The notes beneath the pieces were generated by a model, which had not been told where the DNA came from, ran no database searches, and saw only the letters and a list, made by a program, of their open reading frames with translations. Positions 60,137 through 64,000 of a stretch of DNA of 64,000 nucleotides are shown piece after piece; position 1 is the stretch's first letter, and every line of letters begins with the position of its first letter. The stretch comes from an uncultured Verrucomicrobiae bacterium (GTDB lineage Bacteria; Chlamydiota; Chlamydiia; Chlamydiales; Rhabdochlamydiaceae): positions 1,920,001 to 1,984,000 of the forward strand of contig OY970364.1 in the NCBI GenBank assembly GCA_963718565.1. Reading direction: 5' to 3'. The position numbers were made by a program, and so were the translations under genes.

Positions 60137-61051
60137 ATGATAAAAAATCTCTGGAGAAAATACGGGATCAATCCCTTCGATACACTTTTAAAAAATGCAC
60201 AGAGAGTCCAGCATCGGCGTTTCCTCATTTGCTGGAACCGCGGTTTAGGAGATATTCCTCTTGGGCTCTATGCGCTCGTTCATCGCATCCGTCAGTTCAT
60301 TCCTGATGCTGAAGTGACTTTTGCTACGCGGAGCGACCTTGCCGATGGGTTCAAAATGCTAGAGGGGGTTTCGATTCTTGTCGATCCCGATTGGAAACGA
60401 GCCTTCCCTTTTGATGTGAAGAACACACTGAGTAAATCAGGCCGTGCACTTTCTGATTTTGATCTGGTGTTAGAGAGTCCTGATCCTACGCGATGGCTGA
60501 TGTGGCAGCTTGGTAAATTGACGCCGAAATTATCCTGGAAATCAGAGTGGGATGTTCTTCATCAACGTTTTGATCTTCATCCGACGAGGCCTAAAATTGG
60601 CGTTCATGTGCAAACGGAGACAAATTACACTTATGAAAAAAATTGGCCCATCAATTCCTGGAAAGAGTTTTTTCAAAGAGCGATGGATGAAAAGGGCGCT
60701 GAAGTCCTCCTCTTTGGGTTTGCGCAAAAGCCTACCTTTGAAGGGGAAGGAATTATCGATTTGCGCGGAAAAACTTCTCTATTTGAAATGTTGTCGATCA
60801 TCAAAAATCGCTGTCGTTATCTCCTTGTTCCTGATTCAGGAGTGCTATCCATGACTTATTACATGGGTGCCTCTTTTCCTATCGATATTGTTTCACTCTG
60901 GTCCGATCCAAAGCAAGGAGTCCTCAAACAAAAAGTAGCCTCTCCCAACCCTCTTTTACGCCATACTCCGCTCATTGCAAAAGATCAAGATCTCCGCAAT
61001 GTGAGTGTCGAGTTGGTCATGGACTCTCTTTTCTCCGAGGCCATATGTTAG
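60137..61051 (+). CDS. GT9-family glycosyltransferase
   Basis: RGLGDI, KNWP, DLRGKTSL, PDSG. Confidence 0.8.
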   Translation: MIKNLWRKYGINPFDTLLKNAQRVQHRRFLICWNRGLGDIPLGLYALVHRIRQFIPDAEVTFATRSDLADGFKMLEGVSILVDPDWKRAFPFDVKNTLSKSGRALSDFDLVLESPDPTRWLMWQLGKLTPKLSWKSEWDVLHQRFDLHPTRPKIGVHVQTETNYTYEKNWPINSWKEFFQRAMDEKGAEVLLFGFAQKPTFEGEGIIDLRGKTSLFEMLSIIKNRCRYLLVPDSGVLSMTYYMGASFPIDIVSLWSDPKQGVLKQKVASPNPLLRHTPLIAKDQDLRNVSVELVMDSLFSEAIC

Positions 61052-62385
61052 AATCTTTTATCCGCGAGCTCTTATTTAAACTTGGCCAGCAACAGCTGCT
61101 GATTGGCATAGAAGCCCTCCCTACTTTAGAGCTCCAAAAGTTTGCGCAAAAACTGCAAAAATATACGCCTGCACTTGCAGTCAGACAAAAAGAGGCGATG
61201 TTTCCATCGAAAACATTTTCTTGCTCAGAGCTCTGTCCTTATCTCAACTATGAAAGCAGTGGCAATCTTGAAAACAGCACGCGCGGCGAAGCACTGATCC
61301 GCCAGGGCAAGGTCGGCTGTTTGATCTTGGCAGGCGGTCAAGGAACGCGTTTGGGATTTGATGGCCCCAAAGGAAGTTTTCCCGTGAGCCCTATTAAAGG
61401 AAAAAGCTTGTTTCAGCTTTTTTGTGAAAGGACAAAAGCGGCGAGTGCCTGGTCAGGACATCCTTTGCCTTTATGCATCATGACCTCAGCTTCAAATCAT
61501 GTGCAAACGATTGAATTTTTACAAAAGCATGATTATTTTGGTCTTCCTTCCTCTCAGCTTTTTTTCATGGAACAAGAGGTGCTGCCTTTGCTCGACGACC
61601 GAGGGCATTGGTTATTGGAAAGCCCCGGGAAAATTGCCGAAGGGCCCGACGGTAACGGCCATGCGCTGCGCCTCTTTTTTGAACTGGGCATCTGGGAAAA
61701 GTGGAAGGCTTCGGGGATCGAATTCCTCAATCTTATTTTTGTCGACAACGCATTAGCGGATCCCTTCGATCCAGAATTTATCGGCTTCTCCGAGCGTACA
61801 GGGGCCGATGCCGCCTTGAAAGCCGTAGAGCGTCTTTCTCCTGATGAAAGCATGGGCATTCTTGCAAAGTGCGACGGCAAGCTTAAAGTCATCGAATATT
61901 CAGAAATGCCGTCTCGTGTTTCGCAGTTTCCACTCTCAAGTACGGGGATGTTTTGTATTTCCATGGAATTCATCCGCTACCTTTATCAAGATCTCAATGT
62001 GGAATTTCCTTTGCATATGGCCCGTAAGAAAGCCACCGTGCTCCTCGGCACAGCAAAAGGACTTGTCAAAGAAATGGCGCAGATCTGGAAATGCGAAAGA
62101 TTTATTTTTGACCTTTTGGACTATGCGCGAACGAGCGCAGTTCTTGTCTGCCCAAGAGATAAAATCTATGCTCCTTTGAAAAATGCGGTTGGAGAGAAAA
62201 GTGTCGAGACAGTGAAACGGGCGCTACTGTTGCATGACCGTGAAGTTTATCGCGCCTTGACCGGTCTTTTACCAAAAACATCGACTTTTGAGTTGGACCC
62301 CGCATTTTATTATCCGACCGAAGAACTCAAGCAGAAGTTGAGTCGGCAGCAAATCTCAGATCAAGATTACATCTCATCAATTTGA
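61045..62385 (+). CDS. Eukaryote-type UDP-N-acetylglucosamine/UDP-sugar pyrophosphorylase
   Basis: LAGGQGTRLGFDGPKG, PDGNG, VDN, IEYSE, KCERFIFD, PLKN. Confidence 0.92.
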   Translation: MLESFIRELLFKLGQQQLLIGIEALPTLELQKFAQKLQKYTPALAVRQKEAMFPSKTFSCSELCPYLNYESSGNLENSTRGEALIRQGKVGCLILAGGQGTRLGFDGPKGSFPVSPIKGKSLFQLFCERTKAASAWSGHPLPLCIMTSASNHVQTIEFLQKHDYFGLPSSQLFFMEQEVLPLLDDRGHWLLESPGKIAEGPDGNGHALRLFFELGIWEKWKASGIEFLNLIFVDNALADPFDPEFIGFSERTGADAALKAVERLSPDESMGILAKCDGKLKVIEYSEMPSRVSQFPLSSTGMFCISMEFIRYLYQDLNVEFPLHMARKKATVLLGTAKGLVKEMAQIWKCERFIFDLLDYARTSAVLVCPRDKIYAPLKNAVGEKSVETVKRALLLHDREVYRALTGLLPKTSTFELDPAFYYPTEELKQKLSRQQISDQDYISSI

Positions 62386-62448
62386 TCCAGAGTTGTAATT
62401 CTGAAGCTTTTTTGTTAACCTTTTCTAAAGGAATGGGAGTTGCGTAAG

Positions 62449-63447
62449 ATGAAAATTGCTTACTTAGGCGCTGGTACATGGGGGTTTTGTCTCGCATCTC
62501 TACTCGCATCAAAAGACAATCAAGTTGTCCTTTGGACAGCAAACTCTGAATTTGCCAAAATTTTAAGCAAAAAAAGAGAGCATCCCAAACTTCTCAAGGT
62601 CAAAGCGGATGATCGCGTTGAATTTACTTCAGATTTAAAATATGCGCTCGAGGGCGCAGAATTTTTGGTCGAATCAGTCACTTCGAAAGGCATTCGTCCT
62701 GTTTTTGAACAAGTTCTTGCTTTTGGCGGAGTCAACTGTCCTATTGTGATTACTTCGAAAGGCATTGAGCAAAATAGCGGCCTGCTTTTGCCGGAGGTCA
62801 TTGTGCAAGTTCTCGGAGAATCGATGCGCAAAAACATCTGCTGTCTCAGCGGTCCCAGTCATGCTGAGGAAGTGATTCAAAAACTTCCGACATCCGTTGT
62901 CGTCGCTTCCTATGATCCACATTTAATGCGGCAAATCGTCGAAATCTTTGCTACGCCCTTTTTCCGCGTGTATCCGAATGCCGATATCAACGGTGTCGCT
63001 TTTGGCGGCGCCATGAAAAATATTATTGCTATCGCCTGCGGGATTTCCGATGGGTTAGGATTTGGCGACAATACCAAAGCGGCATTGATGACACGCGGCC
63101 TCCATGAAATCCGTAAGCTTTCGGTCACTAAGGGCAGTAAACAAGAGACATTGAATGGTCTCTCTGGAATGGGGGACTTATGCGTCACCTGTCTTTCTAA
63201 ACTGAGCCGTAACTATATGTTTGGGCGGCTCATCGCTGAAGGGCTCGATCCACAAGTTGCTCAAGAAAAAATCGGAATGGTTGTCGAAGGTGCGTACACG
63301 TGTGTTTCCGCTCTCCAGCTCGCTCAAAAAAATCAGATCGATGTTCCCATCACTCAAGCGATTTATTCGATTCTCTACGAAGAGCTAAATCCTCGAGACG
63401 CTGTCAAATCGCTGCTACAGCGCGCGATTAAAGAAGAGCACTTGTAA
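62449..63447 (+). CDS. gpsA: NAD(P)H-dependent glycerol-3-phosphate dehydrogenase
   Basis: GAGTWG, SKGIE, SGPSHA, KNIIAIACG, GDLCVTC..SRN. Confidence 0.97.
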   Translation: MKIAYLGAGTWGFCLASLLASKDNQVVLWTANSEFAKILSKKREHPKLLKVKADDRVEFTSDLKYALEGAEFLVESVTSKGIRPVFEQVLAFGGVNCPIVITSKGIEQNSGLLLPEVIVQVLGESMRKNICCLSGPSHAEEVIQKLPTSVVVASYDPHLMRQIVEIFATPFFRVYPNADINGVAFGGAMKNIIAIACGISDGLGFGDNTKAALMTRGLHEIRKLSVTKGSKQETLNGLSGMGDLCVTCLSKLSRNYMFGRLIAEGLDPQVAQEKIGMVVEGAYTCVSALQLAQKNQIDVPITQAIYSILYEELNPRDAVKSLLQRAIKEEHL

Positions 63448-63503
63448 TACATTGTTTTTGAAAATATCCGGCCTTTAAGAGCCGGGTTTCCGCTGGAGAA
63501 CGG

Positions 63504-64000
63504 ATGAATAACATTCCATTAGAAGGTTTGAAAATCGTGACTGCGCATGAGATGGCGCGGATCGAAGGCATGGCTTATGCAGAGGGTGCTTCCGAGCAAG
63601 CATTTATGGAAAATGCAGGGGAAGCTATTGCCAAGGCAACAGAAGATTATATTCATCGCCATCATCTTTTTAAAACAGTGACCCTTCTTGTCGGGAAAGG
63701 AAATAATGGTGGAGACGCCTATGCTGCGGGAGCCAGGCTGCTCGATAGCGGCTTCAAAGTGACGGCATTGCACATCTATTCTCTGGATCAATGCGGACCC
63801 CTTTGCAGAACGATGTGCGAAAAATTTCGATCCCGCGGAGGGTCTGTCTATCATGCTCGCGATGAGCAATCTTTTCGTTTTGAACCTGAAGGAGTCATTC
63901 TCGACGGACTCTTCGGGACCGGCTTTCACGGCAAAGCAGAAGATCTCCTCGCTCTTGCTATCGAATGCGCTAATCGCTCCAAAGTGCCTATCCTTGCGAT
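63504..64000 (+). CDS. nnr: NAD(P)H-hydrate epimerase/dehydratase (YjeF), N-terminal part; not in the ORF track because it runs off the window
   Basis: Read from sequence: MNNIPLEGLKIVTAHEMARIE...FMENAG...GKGNNGGD...ILDGLFGTG. Confidence 0.9.
   Translation, partial: MNNIPLEGLKIVTAHEMARIEGMAYAEGASEQAFMENAGEAIAKATEDYIHRHHLFKTVTLLVGKGNNGGDAYAAGARLLDSGFKVTALHIYSLDQCGPLCRTMCEKFRSRGGSVYHARDEQSFRFEPEGVILDGLFGTGFHGKAEDLLALAIECANRSKVPILA

Noticed and set aside
61045..62385. Eukaryote-type UDP-sugar pyrophosphorylase as a recent horizontal transfer
   Set aside because: This enzyme type next to gpsA is a known conserved chlamydial arrangement.

Overview
64 kb of an environmental Chlamydiae-like chromosome. 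The assignment rests on gene content and synteny (mutL-pepP, glgC-phosphoesterase, lpdA-lipA, secA/psd/mnmE/nth, UAP-gpsA, ruvCA) and on an F-box effector. The housekeeping backbone (eno, rsgA, cca, cyoABCDE, LPS genes) is interrupted by AT-rich effector-like genes and many mobile elements: two IS630 copies with identical transposases, an IS1634 inserted at CTAG inside a palindrome, an IS607 with deleted tnpA but intact tnpB, an IS3 carrying a nested IS630, an IS66 remnant, a probable group IIC intron 5' remnant, and at least four families of palindromic MITE-like repeats. Most notable are (1) an IS607 TnpB with a Fanzor-like rearranged RuvC site plus readable omegaRNA, TAM and guide; (2) three paralogous membrane-anchored kinase-fold proteins, one a likely pseudokinase and one beside LPS-core genes; (3) an F-box/WD40 protein with near-identical 120-bp repeats that vary at the binding face. 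secA is frameshifted and the Kdo hydroxylase appears internally deleted. No CRISPR array, rRNA or complete tRNA was recognised. All calls were made by eye; no searches were run.
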